Virus record (IMG/VR): IMGVR_UViG_3300037504_000213
Location: 12,274-76,273 of that record
Strand: one strand, 5' to 3'
Source of the DNA: a virus
Length of the DNA stretch: 64,000 bases
Shown here: piece after piece, positions 38,949 to 49,064 of the stretch
Layout of the letters: each line of letters starts with the position of its first letter
Numbering within the stretch: position 1 is the first letter of the stretch
Notes under the pieces: generated by a model
What the model was told of the DNA's origin: nothing
Databases searched by the model: none
Seen by the model: only the letters and a program-made list of their open reading frames with translations
Made by a program: the position numbers and the translations under genes

Positions 38949-39395
38949 CTACTCTTCGCATTCTTCCCTCCGTTTTCTGTATCCAAGCCACAAAAGGGCG
39001 TAGTTAGCAAGATCCATGATGGTGTCCTCAAACCTCTCGTCCTCAAAGTCCTGGTTTGGTGTCTCCGTTATTCTGGCCCACTTCAGGGCCATGTAAAACA
39101 AAAACGCTTGGTCAATCGGCATTCCAGTAAGCTGGCTTACTTTTTCAAAGTTAACGAACGGGTTGGGGTTCTGATCTTCATGTCCAGCGTATTTTCGCCT
39201 GCGATCAGCCACGACATCGCCAGCTTCCAAAACGGCGCTGAGCCACCACTCGTTGGCAGATTTGACGTTTTCTTCCCAAGACTCTAGTTGGATATTCCCC
39301 AACCACCCAAAGAAACTGTTACAATTCTCACACATAACCTCCCGCGTTTCTTCATCTATATTGAATGTGTCGTTGCCGCAGTTTTTGCATTTCAT
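38949..39395 (-). CDS. Zn-ribbon + DUF1599/Nmad1-like (MazG-fold) protein
   Basis: CKNC..CENC; KYAG..PFVNF..K.ARI..E.FEDT.MDLANYALL. Confidence 0.7.
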   Translation of the reverse strand: MKCKNCGNDTFNIDEETREVMCENCNSFFGWLGNIQLESWEENVKSANEWWLSAVLEAGDVVADRRRKYAGHEDQNPNPFVNFEKVSQLTGMPIDQAFLFYMALKWARITETPNQDFEDERFEDTIMDLANYALLWLGYRKRREECEE

Positions 39396-39910
39396 CGGTT
39401 ATCTCCTTCTCCGTGAATAGCGTTGCGTTGTGCTCTGTCCGTTAGCTTTGCAACGTTCATGTCCATGATTTCTTCGATTGACGATCCAAGGCGGCTGGCA
39501 AGTTCGTTTATGGCGCTCAGGGAAATTGTGATAGAAATCTCAAGGTACGGCAGATCGGGAAAAATAATGTTGTTCTCTATCTGAGACAGGTTTCTTGATA
39601 TGATATTGAGAAGGCTTGACCATGAAAACTCTGCCAGTTCAGTATATTTCATTTCATGTCCAGTATGATCGGCAACCCTGGCAATATACCACAGCACATC
39701 ACCAAGTTCATCAAGCACCTTGGCGCGACGTTCCTCAGTAAGCTCTGCTTTGTAGTCACTGACGGCACACCCGTCGTCTCTGATAGCCTTCTTCAGTTGG
39801 TTGCGAACCTCGCCCCATTCCCAAAGGCCGTGCGGTACATAGTCTTTCCACATGTCGTGGTCATACTTTGCTGTTGACCGCGTGAACTCCATATATTCCT
39901 GTGGTTTCAT
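39392..39910 (-). CDS. MazG-like NTP pyrophosphohydrolase
   Basis: E.GEV..KK.IRD, DELGDVLWY, N..KL.DR..R..I.G.GDNR. Confidence 0.85.
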   Translation of the reverse strand: MKPQEYMEFTRSTAKYDHDMWKDYVPHGLWEWGEVRNQLKKAIRDDGCAVSDYKAELTEERRAKVLDELGDVLWYIARVADHTGHEMKYTELAEFSWSSLLNIISRNLSQIENNIIFPDLPYLEISITISLSAINELASRLGSSIEEIMDMNVAKLTDRAQRNAIHGEGDNR

Positions 39911-40817
39911 TCTGACTCCTGTGGCTGAATTTTGACTAAATCTTGTGCTACGGTTTTCTCAAGGCCACATCGTGGGCATTTCCATTCGCCCATACACAGC
40001 GTATCGAAATCAAGCCCTGCTATTTCAAAATCGCATCCGCATTCTTTTTCATATGTGCCATATGGTCGCGTCTGAATATCCACCGTGCTCGTACAATGGA
40101 ATAGGAGGTTAAACCGAACTCCTTCAAAACCATCAATTAGAGCACCCCTAAGTTGTTCGTTCATTCTGGTAACCCCAATTTGGCGATTAGCTCTATGCGC
40201 CTGCGTAAGTACGATACGATGACATCGCTCCACTCAGCATCCTCAGATTCTTTTGGTGTTGTCACTGGGAATCTGTATTGAAGTTCTCTTGTCATTATCC
40301 ATGCGTAACCAGATTCCATTGGTATATTCCGTATAATTGTTATTTCTGGCACCTCTCGTTCGCCAAAAAACGCCTTTGCGGTAATGTCAAAGGACTTGTC
40401 TGCTCTCTCGGTGACATCATATACGATCTTGCTGAACTTCACTTGTATTCCCCATCTTGTGCTACTTCGAAAAACCTTCCGCAGTGCGCACACAATATGC
40501 GCTTTCTGCTCCAAGGTCTAAAGCGACGTGGTGGAAGCTGAACGCTTGCACGAATGCAACACGGGTTTTGCCCGCATTCGGGGCATTCACCATGCCACTT
40601 GCTTGATAGGATAATGGTCATTTCTCTTGTCTCTTTTCTTGCTGTCATATAGATCTCCATAGTACTAGCACTGTGCCTGCAATAATCATTGTTGCGCCAG
40701 CCTTTGATGTGTCATCACTTTCACCGATTATTGTAATGACAGTACCAAGAGCGATCAGCAGCCACGGCGTTAATTTCATTGCGTTAGCGTCAACCCAATT
40801 CATAAAGTATTTCATTG

Positions 40818-41402
40818 TCACTCCTCTACTTTCTCGATTAATACTAGACGCCCGCATCGAATTTTTCCATTCGTGTTGAATGGCACGATAACATCAGCCA
40901 AATCGCACCATTCGATGCGGCATCGCCATATCACCACGTTTTTGTAGTGTTCCCGAACCCAATCCAACGTGGCTGCTGCAATACCGCAACCACACTCCGT
41001 GCATGGGTCTGGATTCACCGTCTCCGTGAGAACCGCACCAGGGGCGAACAGCCAATGGTCAGGATTATCAAATCGGCCCTTCTCGCTGCGGTACACAATG
41101 TATCCGCGCTCATCAGACTCTAAATTTTTTCTCATCCACTCGGATGTGGATACGAGGCCCGTTGCACCGCTTAGGTCTGCGTAGTGCAGGTCCGTATAGC
41201 GCAGGTCCGTGTTGTTGAGGTTCGCGTAGCGCAGGTTTGCGTCGCTCAGGTCCGCATAGCGCAGGTCCGCGAAGCGCAGGTTCGCGCCGCTCAGATTTAC
41301 GCCGCTCAGGTTCGAACTGCGCAGGTCTGCGTAACTCAGATCAGGGGTTTCGCCTCTCTCGCGGGCGTCTTCAACTATCCTTAATACGTCTTGTCTGTTC
41401 AT
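40818..41402 (-). CDS. Pentapeptide repeat protein with C-terminal domain
   Basis: ADLRY/ANLRY repeats; CGCGI...GKIRC C-terminus. Confidence 0.85.
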   Translation of the reverse strand: MNRQDVLRIVEDARERGETPDLSYADLRSSNLSGVNLSGANLRFADLRYADLSDANLRYANLNNTDLRYTDLHYADLSGATGLVSTSEWMRKNLESDERGYIVYRSEKGRFDNPDHWLFAPGAVLTETVNPDPCTECGCGIAAATLDWVREHYKNVVIWRCRIEWCDLADVIVPFNTNGKIRCGRLVLIEKVEE

Positions 41403-41404
41403 TG

Positions 41405-42016
41405 CTACCGTCGCTTGCAGAAGCCATCAGCAGGCCAAGGATTGGGAGGGCCGTCTGGCACATCTCCGAGTAAAATACCGCGCTCAACGAGTTCATCTCG
41501 AAATGCGTATCGAACGCTGTCGGAAAATATCAACTTGTCACGCTCAAAGGTGGTGATTCCTACGTTATCATTCAAATCGCGTCCAGCATCCGTACCCGCC
41601 GACATGCTGCGGGTCATGCCACGATAAACAACTTCTTGTTTGTCGTCTTCCTTCTCAGACCATACTGCAACGGCCACAACACCCTCGTTGCCACCAAGCC
41701 CGCTCTTGTAAGCGTAGCTCAATTTACTATATGTGGCGACAAATGCCATAACGTTATTCATTGACGTTCGCCAGCCCTTGACGACAACATCAAGTGGTGC
41801 GATGAGGCCGCGATTGTGTTGCGATGCTTTCTTGCCACTTATAACATCTACGCCGTCAACAGAAACGACGTACTCTCGACGCGCCCAACCATACCCGCGT
41901 GGTTCAATTTCCACACGAAATTCCTGCCCAGGCCTTACCTCATACCATCGCTTCCCTTCGTGATTATAAGAAGGAAGCTCTTTACCGCGATTGTCCGTCA
42001 ATTTCAAGTAAAACAT
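41405..42016 (-). CDS. Conserved hypothetical protein
   Basis: VSVDGVDVISGK, GWR.S...V.AF, SYA, GVVAVAV motif series; AGGAG SD and TGGTACAAT promoter. Confidence 0.6.
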   Translation of the reverse strand: MFYLKLTDNRGKELPSYNHEGKRWYEVRPGQEFRVEIEPRGYGWARREYVVSVDGVDVISGKKASQHNRGLIAPLDVVVKGWRTSMNNVMAFVATYSKLSYAYKSGLGGNEGVVAVAVWSEKEDDKQEVVYRGMTRSMSAGTDAGRDLNDNVGITTFERDKLIFSDSVRYAFRDELVERGILLGDVPDGPPNPWPADGFCKRR

Positions 42017-42106
42017 TTTGTCTCCTTTTGCTGTTCTGATACGCTCCTATTGTACCATGTCGTATGGCATCATATATTAGAATTGTATATGATCTCTCGG
42101 TGGCAC

Positions 42107-42135
42107 TTGATAGTATTTGCCTGGGATGATATGAT
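42107..42135 (+). promoter_or_regulatory. sigma70 promoter of the replication block
   Basis: TTGATA-17-TATGAT with extended TG. Confidence 0.55.
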
Positions 42136-42173
42136 GGTGACATCGAATAAGCAACTTCAACTATGGAGGCAAA

Positions 42174-43262
42174 ATGCAACAAAACGATTTTGAGTTTTTA
42201 ACGAGTGATAAGGTTCGTCTTCGGATTGCCGTTATGGGGCCTACCAAGGCTGGAAAGTCTACCACAGCAATACGGCTTGCGACGCTAATTTGTTATTTAC
42301 GTGGCATAGAGAAACCGAACATTATCGTCATCGACACGGAGTCTGGGAGGTCATTGATCAATAACGGTGTTCGGTTTGAGGACGACCCTCTTCCGATGCG
42401 CTTTAAGGTTATTGGTATGGACCCGCCGTATACGCCAGACCGTTACATTGCGGCCATGCAACATGCCGCAGAGTTGGAGCCAGACTTTGTTATCCTCGAT
42501 CAGGCCAGCAATGAGTGGCAGGGGGAGGGCGGGTGTCTTCAGATGGAGGCCGAACTTGAGAGTCGTAGCGATTACAATCGAATGCGGGCCTGGGGCGTAG
42601 TCACAAAGAAGCACGACCGATTCATCAGCACCATTGAAAGTTACCCGTACGATCTTATGGTAAACATTCGAAGCAAGTCCAAGGTGGTTATTGAGGATGA
42701 GAGTGGTGGCAAGGCCAAGAGCAGGCAGATGGCCCTCGACGCGATTCAGCGTGACGACTTTGAGTTTAATCTCGACATTGTATTTCGTGGCTCTGAAAAT
42801 GCAGAGTTTGTGGTTTGGAGTCGCTTTCCTACGCTGAACGACAAACTTTTCATAAAGCCTGGCATGGAAGTGGCAAAATTGATTGTTGCTGAAATGGATC
42901 GCATCAAGAAGGCTGAGGATACGATTATCTCGCTTGATGATCTTGGTGACGTGCCAACATATAGCATTGAGGATATTAAGAAAGAAATTCAGGCCCACAT
43001 CGACTCGGCAACGAAAAAGGGTTTTAGCGATGATGTGCCAGAAGCAGACAGCCCTGGTCGCCTGCGTGCTGCAACAGCTATTCAACAAGCTGTTGGCACC
43101 ATTTCTGATGAGTTCTACAGCACAATGTTTGGAAAGGATGACTTTAATTCGCTTTCTCAGGCTGAGCTGGTTGCTGTAAGTAATTGGGTTAGCGAAATGG
43201 AAAACAATCTTGGCGAGACACAACTAAAGGTTGAGTTGTCAAGGTTTGACAATGCAAGCTGA
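42174..43262 (+). CDS. AAA_24/Sak4-like ATPase (recombination/annealing)
   Basis: GPTKAGKS, VIDTE, ILDQASNEW.G.GG.L, IQRDDFEF. Confidence 0.8.
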   Translation: MQQNDFEFLTSDKVRLRIAVMGPTKAGKSTTAIRLATLICYLRGIEKPNIIVIDTESGRSLINNGVRFEDDPLPMRFKVIGMDPPYTPDRYIAAMQHAAELEPDFVILDQASNEWQGEGGCLQMEAELESRSDYNRMRAWGVVTKKHDRFISTIESYPYDLMVNIRSKSKVVIEDESGGKAKSRQMALDAIQRDDFEFNLDIVFRGSENAEFVVWSRFPTLNDKLFIKPGMEVAKLIVAEMDRIKKAEDTIISLDDLGDVPTYSIEDIKKEIQAHIDSATKKGFSDDVPEADSPGRLRAATAIQQAVGTISDEFYSTMFGKDDFNSLSQAELVAVSNWVSEMENNLGETQLKVELSRFDNAS

Positions 43263-44598
43263 GAAGGTATGGCCTGCGTCGGTCGATGCAGAGGAGGCAC
43301 TCTTGGGGTGCCTCCTCATCAACCCAGATGATATTTGGTCTGTTGCAAACAAGATAACGCAAGAAGATTTCTTTTTGCGCAAGAACGGCAATATCTATGA
43401 TGCCATGATGCACTTAGCTAGCAATGGGCATGGCATTGATAACATCACCGTTTCTGAGCAGCTGGACAAAAACGATCTGTTGAACAGTGATGTGCAGGCC
43501 CATATGGCGCATCTCCTTACCGTGGCACCGTATGGCGCTAACATAGAAACGTACGCAGAGCAGGTTATCGAAACATCTGTTCGTAGGCGGCTGTTGGATG
43601 CATGTAACAAGGCTGCCAAGCTAGCCTTTGATGAAAAGACCCCGCTGTCTGATGTCATACCAAACATCACATCAAGGTTCTCAGAGGCGTCTGGTCACGG
43701 GGTTGGCGATGACATCCTGAGTGGTCATGACCTCGCAACACTGCATAGTGAGCACGTAGAGGCCTTGCGACAGCTGGATGAACCCCCTGGGATAAAGACG
43801 GGCTACAGCAACCTTGACAAGTTAATTGTAGGCATCCAGCCAGGAGACTTCTTTGTGCTTGGCGCTGGCACAGGGCACGGCAAAACGCAGATGTCTATCA
43901 ATATTGCGCTAAATGCCATATTGCAGGGTCACGGCATCATGGTTGTGTCTTTTGAGATGCGCCCAGAGCAAATGATGAATCGTGTGGCTGCACTCATGTC
44001 AGGTATTTCATCTCGGAAGTTCAAGTCTGGCGATCTCACTAACGACGAGATGTCAAGAGCTTACGGCGCTTGGGATAGCATAAGCAGGATGCCACTGTGG
44101 ATTACGAGGCCTAGCATTGGCGGTAAGACAATGTCAAACATCATTGCTAATGCCTCAAGGTTGCAGATGCAAGAAAAACTCGATCTTGTGATAATAGACT
44201 ATCTCCAACAAGTTCAACCAGAGCGAGCAGGCAACAGAACACAAGAGGTTGGTAGAATAGCCGATGCTGCCAAGAACATGGCAATGGAGCTTGGGGTTGG
44301 TGTCCTGGCGCTATCTCAGTTGAATAGGCGCGGGCAACGGGATGATCGCCCTAGCCTGAATGACTTGAGGGAATCTGGCAACATGGAAAACAATGCGGAT
44401 GGCGTGTGGCTGTTATTTAACCATGATGCAGCGCACGGCCCTGATGCAGAGTACCCTGGTATAATAGAACTTGATGTTGCGAAAAACAGGGATGGGCCAA
44501 CGGACACAATCAATTTGCATATCAACTACATAAATGGTAAAATCACTGAAGTCAATCGCGTCAGTGATGATTATGGGAACAAGATACACTTGCCCTAG
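43252..44598 (+). CDS. dnaB: Replicative DnaB helicase
   Basis: AEEALLG, GIKTGY, GAGTGHGKT, SFEM, IIDYLQ, LSQLNR, DLRESG.ME.NAD, VAKNRDGPT. Confidence 0.95.
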   Translation: MQAEKVWPASVDAEEALLGCLLINPDDIWSVANKITQEDFFLRKNGNIYDAMMHLASNGHGIDNITVSEQLDKNDLLNSDVQAHMAHLLTVAPYGANIETYAEQVIETSVRRRLLDACNKAAKLAFDEKTPLSDVIPNITSRFSEASGHGVGDDILSGHDLATLHSEHVEALRQLDEPPGIKTGYSNLDKLIVGIQPGDFFVLGAGTGHGKTQMSINIALNAILQGHGIMVVSFEMRPEQMMNRVAALMSGISSRKFKSGDLTNDEMSRAYGAWDSISRMPLWITRPSIGGKTMSNIIANASRLQMQEKLDLVIIDYLQQVQPERAGNRTQEVGRIADAAKNMAMELGVGVLALSQLNRRGQRDDRPSLNDLRESGNMENNADGVWLLFNHDAAHGPDAEYPGIIELDVAKNRDGPTDTINLHINYINGKITEVNRVSDDYGNKIHLP

Positions 44599-44607
44599 GA
44601 GGTACAG

Positions 44608-45222
44608 ATGCCAGTGTCCACTACATGGGATGGCAAAAAGAAGCTCAAGAGCGGTTCCAAGACCGCAGACATTTTTATGACCAAGCATAAGCGTGGCCCT
44701 AAAAATGCTTATTGCATGGACTTGGATTGTGTGATCTATGATTTTAAAAATAGGATTATCGCTGTTGTAGATCACAAGCACATAAAACGAAGGCACAATC
44801 TTACGTCTGGCGAGGTCACTGTATATGACCAAATGCTTGAGATGGGTATCCCAGTGTTCATTGTTGCTACTAATGATGATGTGACGTCGCTGTCGGTATA
44901 TCAGTATCTTGGTGCTCACCCAAGAAAAAGATGGCCAAGTTATAAGAAGCCGTCTTTTGACCTTGACGTCGTATTTGAGGATAGCGACTGGAATGATTAC
45001 TGGAAATGGGAAATGGGGCTGCGGCGTTCTGTTGCTGTTGAACGTGGCGGTATTGGAGAAAATAATCATAACGCTCATATTAGCGAGCACGACGTTGATA
45101 TGATACGATATTTATACGGTGACGGAGATGACCTGACACAGCAGGATATTGCGGATTTGTTTGGCATCTCACGGCAGCAGGTTTCTAAAATCGTAAGGAA
45201 AGAGATGTGGAATCATGTCTAA
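44608..45222 (+). CDS. PD-(D/E)xK-like nuclease with C-terminal HTH
   Basis: DLD...VDHK; GENNHNA..S..DV..IR...TQQDIADLFGISRQQVSKI. Confidence 0.55.
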   Translation: MPVSTTWDGKKKLKSGSKTADIFMTKHKRGPKNAYCMDLDCVIYDFKNRIIAVVDHKHIKRRHNLTSGEVTVYDQMLEMGIPVFIVATNDDVTSLSVYQYLGAHPRKRWPSYKKPSFDLDVVFEDSDWNDYWKWEMGLRRSVAVERGGIGENNHNAHISEHDVDMIRYLYGDGDDLTQQDIADLFGISRQQVSKIVRKEMWNHV

Positions 45223-45395
45223 AAATACGGTTCACCCGATAATGGCATGGGCATCTATAGCTTCGACTTACAATCGATTGCTCATGGCCATAAGGCAGTC
45301 CAAGCAAATCGACAGTGTTGATGTCGTGTGGATGCTGAAAGAGGCCGCCGTCTTGATCAGGTGTGCAGAGCAGATGTTTAAGAGAGGAAACAGTG

Positions 45396-45848
45396 ATGAG
45401 TGATTATGTAGAGAGGGTGAGAGAGTTAAAGAAGCTGTCTGGTGAGTATCAAAAATACATGAAGCTGTGGATTAAGATGGCAAAGCTGGATGGCTACAAA
45501 GTGGTTGAACAGAAGAGTAACGGCGGCAAGCCATATTATCAGATAGCTAAAGGCGACGTCATGCTCTACGACTGTGGGGCTACACCAGAAGAGGCGTGGG
45601 AAAATGCATATTGGGATTACGACCTACCAGATTACTTGAACTCAATATCTGATGTTTGGCCTATTCTTGTGAAGCTGCTTAAGGCTAACCTAGGTACATA
45701 CAACGAACCACAGGCAGCGCAGCTTGACGACAGCGGGTTCTCGTTTAGCGCGAGTCCGTTTGCTTGTGACGAGGTTAGGTCTAGCAGTTCAAACGAAGAT
45801 GATGTTGCGTATGCAATATGCAAGGCTGCTGAGAAATGGTTGACTTAA
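45396..45848 (+). CDS. Hypothetical protein
   Basis: GAGGA SD; PDYLNSI...AICKAA. Confidence 0.55.
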   Translation: MSDYVERVRELKKLSGEYQKYMKLWIKMAKLDGYKVVEQKSNGGKPYYQIAKGDVMLYDCGATPEEAWENAYWDYDLPDYLNSISDVWPILVKLLKANLGTYNEPQAAQLDDSGFSFSASPFACDEVRSSSSNEDDVAYAICKAAEKWLT

Positions 45849-46073
45849 ACTTGTGGGCTAAGGTGCAAATTGATGGCGGGAAAGAGGCACTGTCGGCAAT
45901 TGTAGATTTGCTGATGATCAACTACCCAGTGGTTAAAGAATATTTTAGAAAGTTGCCTGGAAGGGATGAGTACCGTGTCGTCTTACAAGTCAGGACAACC
46001 ACACTGCCAGATGATGCCCCAGAAGACATTTTTAAGGCACTGGACTTCTTTGATCAAGGAACGGGAGGTAACG

Positions 46074-46805
46074 ATGAAAATCAATCTTCATAGTGATATT
46101 GTTGGTGCTATGTCATTGTTTAACGATGCCCCAAGCAATACGCTTGGCCTGCTCCTAACAATGATGCAGAAGTCAAAGAATGGCCTCTGGACTGGATACA
46201 AGAAAGAGCTTTACAGCGCTATTGATATGTCATATGGTAAACTGAACACGCGCTTGGAGTGGCTCAAGGAGCATGTTTGCATTGTTGAGGTCGAGTCTGT
46301 GTCCGACAAGCGCATGACATCGATGGTGATCACGGGAATCGTTGGTCTATCTGATGTTGCCTACCCGCTGTTGGGCGTGTGGCCAGAAAGCCTGGATATG
46401 ATAGGTGTCCCCACGAGCTTCACTGGCACGCTTGTTGGTGACACGATCCCAGTATATGATATGCTCAAAAGCTGCGCTGGCATTGGGCGTGACTGTTGTG
46501 ATGAAGAGGACGTTGTCGAGGCTATGGCTGAAGCTATTGCGAAGATGTTGTTTAATGTTTCCCCTGGGTTGCTGTCTTTATCGAAGCGCAAGCAGCTTGA
46601 GCAATACGCCAATGTGCTTATAACCAATAAGCCAGACGTGACACCAGAGGTGTTGCGTGGTTTTCCTGCGTGGTGGTATAAGCGTGGCAGCGGCAGCTGG
46701 TCGGACAGCAAAAGACCGCAGTTAGGACATCTTCGCAATGAGCTTGGCGCTTATTTAGAGGATAAGGAAGAGACAAAAGAAGTGGAAGACGTCTTTGGAC
46801 TCTGA
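46074..46805 (+). CDS. Possible replication initiator
   Basis: GGAGG SD; wHTH-like N-terminus; lies shortly upstream of the DnaC-like gene. Function inferred from position only. Confidence 0.4.
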   Translation: MKINLHSDIVGAMSLFNDAPSNTLGLLLTMMQKSKNGLWTGYKKELYSAIDMSYGKLNTRLEWLKEHVCIVEVESVSDKRMTSMVITGIVGLSDVAYPLLGVWPESLDMIGVPTSFTGTLVGDTIPVYDMLKSCAGIGRDCCDEEDVVEAMAEAIAKMLFNVSPGLLSLSKRKQLEQYANVLITNKPDVTPEVLRGFPAWWYKRGSGSWSDSKRPQLGHLRNELGAYLEDKEETKEVEDVFGL

Positions 46806-47255
46806 TTGTGCTACTTTGCGTTTTGTGATATAATGATATAGGAGGAAACATGAAGGACATTTGGATACTTGAGTTCGTCACGAACGGCGGGCTTGTACAG
46901 GCCAAACGTAATGACGTGTGCAATACACTTAGATCGCGATAGCAAAAATGGAGGTTGCAATGGATGGAGCCAAAGAATTATCCGAAAAGTTTGGTGTCGT
47001 TGTATTGGTAATTTTGGTGGTTTTGGCGGGGATTGCGGTTGTTTTGTTGTTTGTTGATGTGTTGGGTGATATTCTAAACGGCAACTTCTACGTTAGGTAC
47101 AGAGTAGAAGACATAGACGACGGATATATTACACTTTCAGACAGACACCGCACTGTAACGTGCAGGGTTAACGACTGGGTGGTTGACTTTATCACGCATG
47201 GCGGCAAATTAGAAGCTATGCACAGCGATGTATGCGGTACCTTGAGGGCGCAATA

Positions 47256-47957
47256 ATGACATGTGACCTTTGTAATGGCACTTCATACGTAACTGGCGAA
47301 GATGGTCGGCCAGCGCGCTGCCCAAAATGCAATAAAGGGCCACGTCGCTCTGACATCATTCTCTCCAGGGCTGGTATACCGCCACGATTTGATAAGTCAA
47401 TGCCCTTGGCAGATGCTTTGTCATCGCTGTCTACGTCTATTAACGAGCAGGCTCGTACAAATGTAGCCAAGTATGCCGAGTCCTTGACTGTTGTTCGCTC
47501 ATCTGGACAGGAATTGCACTCCCTGGTGTTCTATGGCAAGCCAGGGAGTGGCAAGACCAGCCTTGCAACCACAGTGTTTAAGCAAATCATATGCAACGGC
47601 CTTGTTGACAGCGCCTTGTGGGTAAATTCATCGGACCTACCAACCATGGTTCGTGCCACCTACGGCACATCTACATCTGAAGATGATGTCATCGATAAGT
47701 ACAAAATGACTGACTTACTATTGCTTGACGATTTCGGCAGGGGAAATATTACCAAGCACGCAGAGGATTTGACATATCGTGTCATGGACTATCGATATAG
47801 ATGGGATTTGCCACTGATTGTTACGACAAACGACGATCCCAGAGAGTTGGTTGAAAAGTTTGATATGGCCGTTGTGCAGCGTGTAGCAAGTACAGCGGCG
47901 TGGATAAGAATGGATGCACTTAAACGTGGCATTAAGCTAGAGGAGTGGGAGAAGTGA
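47256..47957 (+). CDS. DnaC/IstB-like helicase loader ATPase
   Basis: CDLC..CPKC, GIPPRF, GKPGSGKT, LLLLDDFG, IVTTN. Confidence 0.88.
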   Translation: MTCDLCNGTSYVTGEDGRPARCPKCNKGPRRSDIILSRAGIPPRFDKSMPLADALSSLSTSINEQARTNVAKYAESLTVVRSSGQELHSLVFYGKPGSGKTSLATTVFKQIICNGLVDSALWVNSSDLPTMVRATYGTSTSEDDVIDKYKMTDLLLLDDFGRGNITKHAEDLTYRVMDYRYRWDLPLIVTTNDDPRELVEKFDMAVVQRVASTAAWIRMDALKRGIKLEEWEK

Positions 47958-48207
47958 CGAGGTTCTTTGTATTCTTGCTTGCCCTGTGCATTGCGGCAAT
48001 AGGCGTTATCATGGTCATTAACGAGGTAGAGAGGCAGGGCTTGGTAATCATTGGCATTTCGTATACGGGTAGTGGCAAACTGCTGTTGTTTGAGATCGGT
48101 GGCCGCAAGGAAGCCTGTGTTATAACGGATGAGCAGATTGAGGCATTGCAAAATGGCGCTATGCTGTATGCCAGTATAGACAGGCCATGCGAATGGGAGA
48201 TACGGTA

Positions 48208-48732
48208 ATGGCTGTTTTAGGAGAATCCGCAACGTCATATAATGGTGACGGGGCATTAATTATGGTCAAGCAGGCTAGTGGTGATAAAGGTTTCCAAGAT
48301 CCAGGCAATATGTTATGTATAGATGCCACCAATCGTCTGGTAGCTATGTATGAGACATGGCTATATGACAATGACATAGGATACAAATATATTAATTTCG
48401 ATAGGCTTGGTGGTTTATTTAGATCGGTAACAATTCTTGCAAATGACGGTCATGGCTTTTTGGAACAAGAAACTGGATTTCATAGGTATGTGTCAATAAA
48501 TCCATACGACTCGATGTCGCGCCGATGGACCGTGTTTGTTGGCGTAAGGGTCGTTAGATCAAATATTTCGTTTCTTGAATATCTTAATCTTGTAGATGAA
48601 GGGTTAAGCCCCTGTCGAAGCTATGACATTTACAGGGGTCGCATAACAAACGAGCGAGAAGGAATTAGCACCGACAAAGTTGAAGAATATTTTAACGGTA
48701 ATTTAGGGCTAGTGAGGAGAAATAATGGCTGA
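48208..48732 (+). CDS. Truncated release factor 2 homologue (PCRF domain, no GGQ domain)
   Basis: MY..W, RSVTI, GFLEQETGFHRYVSINPYD..SRRWTVFVGV, CRSY, R.G..T..V..Y.NGNL; start after GGGAGA. Confidence 0.75.
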   Translation: MAVLGESATSYNGDGALIMVKQASGDKGFQDPGNMLCIDATNRLVAMYETWLYDNDIGYKYINFDRLGGLFRSVTILANDGHGFLEQETGFHRYVSINPYDSMSRRWTVFVGVRVVRSNISFLEYLNLVDEGLSPCRSYDIYRGRITNEREGISTDKVEEYFNGNLGLVRRNNG

Positions 48733-48967
48733 GACAGTAGACGCAACGACAGTAGTGTTTGGAATCCCTGTTGATGGAGAAACCCCAGTTAACGTTGAGG
48801 TATCTCCAAGTGGTGCCAGAATTGGCCCTATGCCTTGGATGTCTGGCGAGGGCATAGCATTAAACGGAGATAATGTGATTGCGAGGTTTGCAGCGCTCAA
48901 AGAGGCCCTTGCACACACAGAGAGGCTGTATATCGCAATGACAAGTGCCAGTGGGCTGGAAATCTAA
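48725..48967 (+). CDS. Hypothetical protein
   Basis: GAGGAG SD. Confidence 0.55.
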   Translation: MAETVDATTVVFGIPVDGETPVNVEVSPSGARIGPMPWMSGEGIALNGDNVIARFAALKEALAHTERLYIAMTSASGLEI

Positions 48968-48977
48968 AGTGTTACGG

Positions 48978-49030
48978 TACCTTACAAAATGTTGTAAGGT
49001 ATTGACATAGAACTAATTGCATGATACAAT
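48978..49030 (+). promoter_or_regulatory. Palindrome plus sigma70 promoter
   Basis: TACCTTACAA-N4-TTGTAAGGTA (48978-49001) abutting TTGACA-17-TACAAT with extended TG. Confidence 0.7.
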
Positions 49031-49064
49031 AATGTTGTATAAAAGTAGAAAAGGAGATGAAATA

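Noticed and set aside
41160-41340. 15-bp periodic repeats as a VNTR, DGR or CRISPR
   Set aside because: Explained by pentapeptide-repeat codons; no reverse transcriptase is present.
11186-44598. Inteins or introns in terminase, DnaB or ThyX
   Set aside because: All have normal length with contiguous motifs.
48187-48732. Release factor as evidence of stop-codon recoding
   Set aside because: Conserved genes are full length in the standard code and end in TAA, TAG and TGA; no suppressor tRNA; the factor lacks GGQ.
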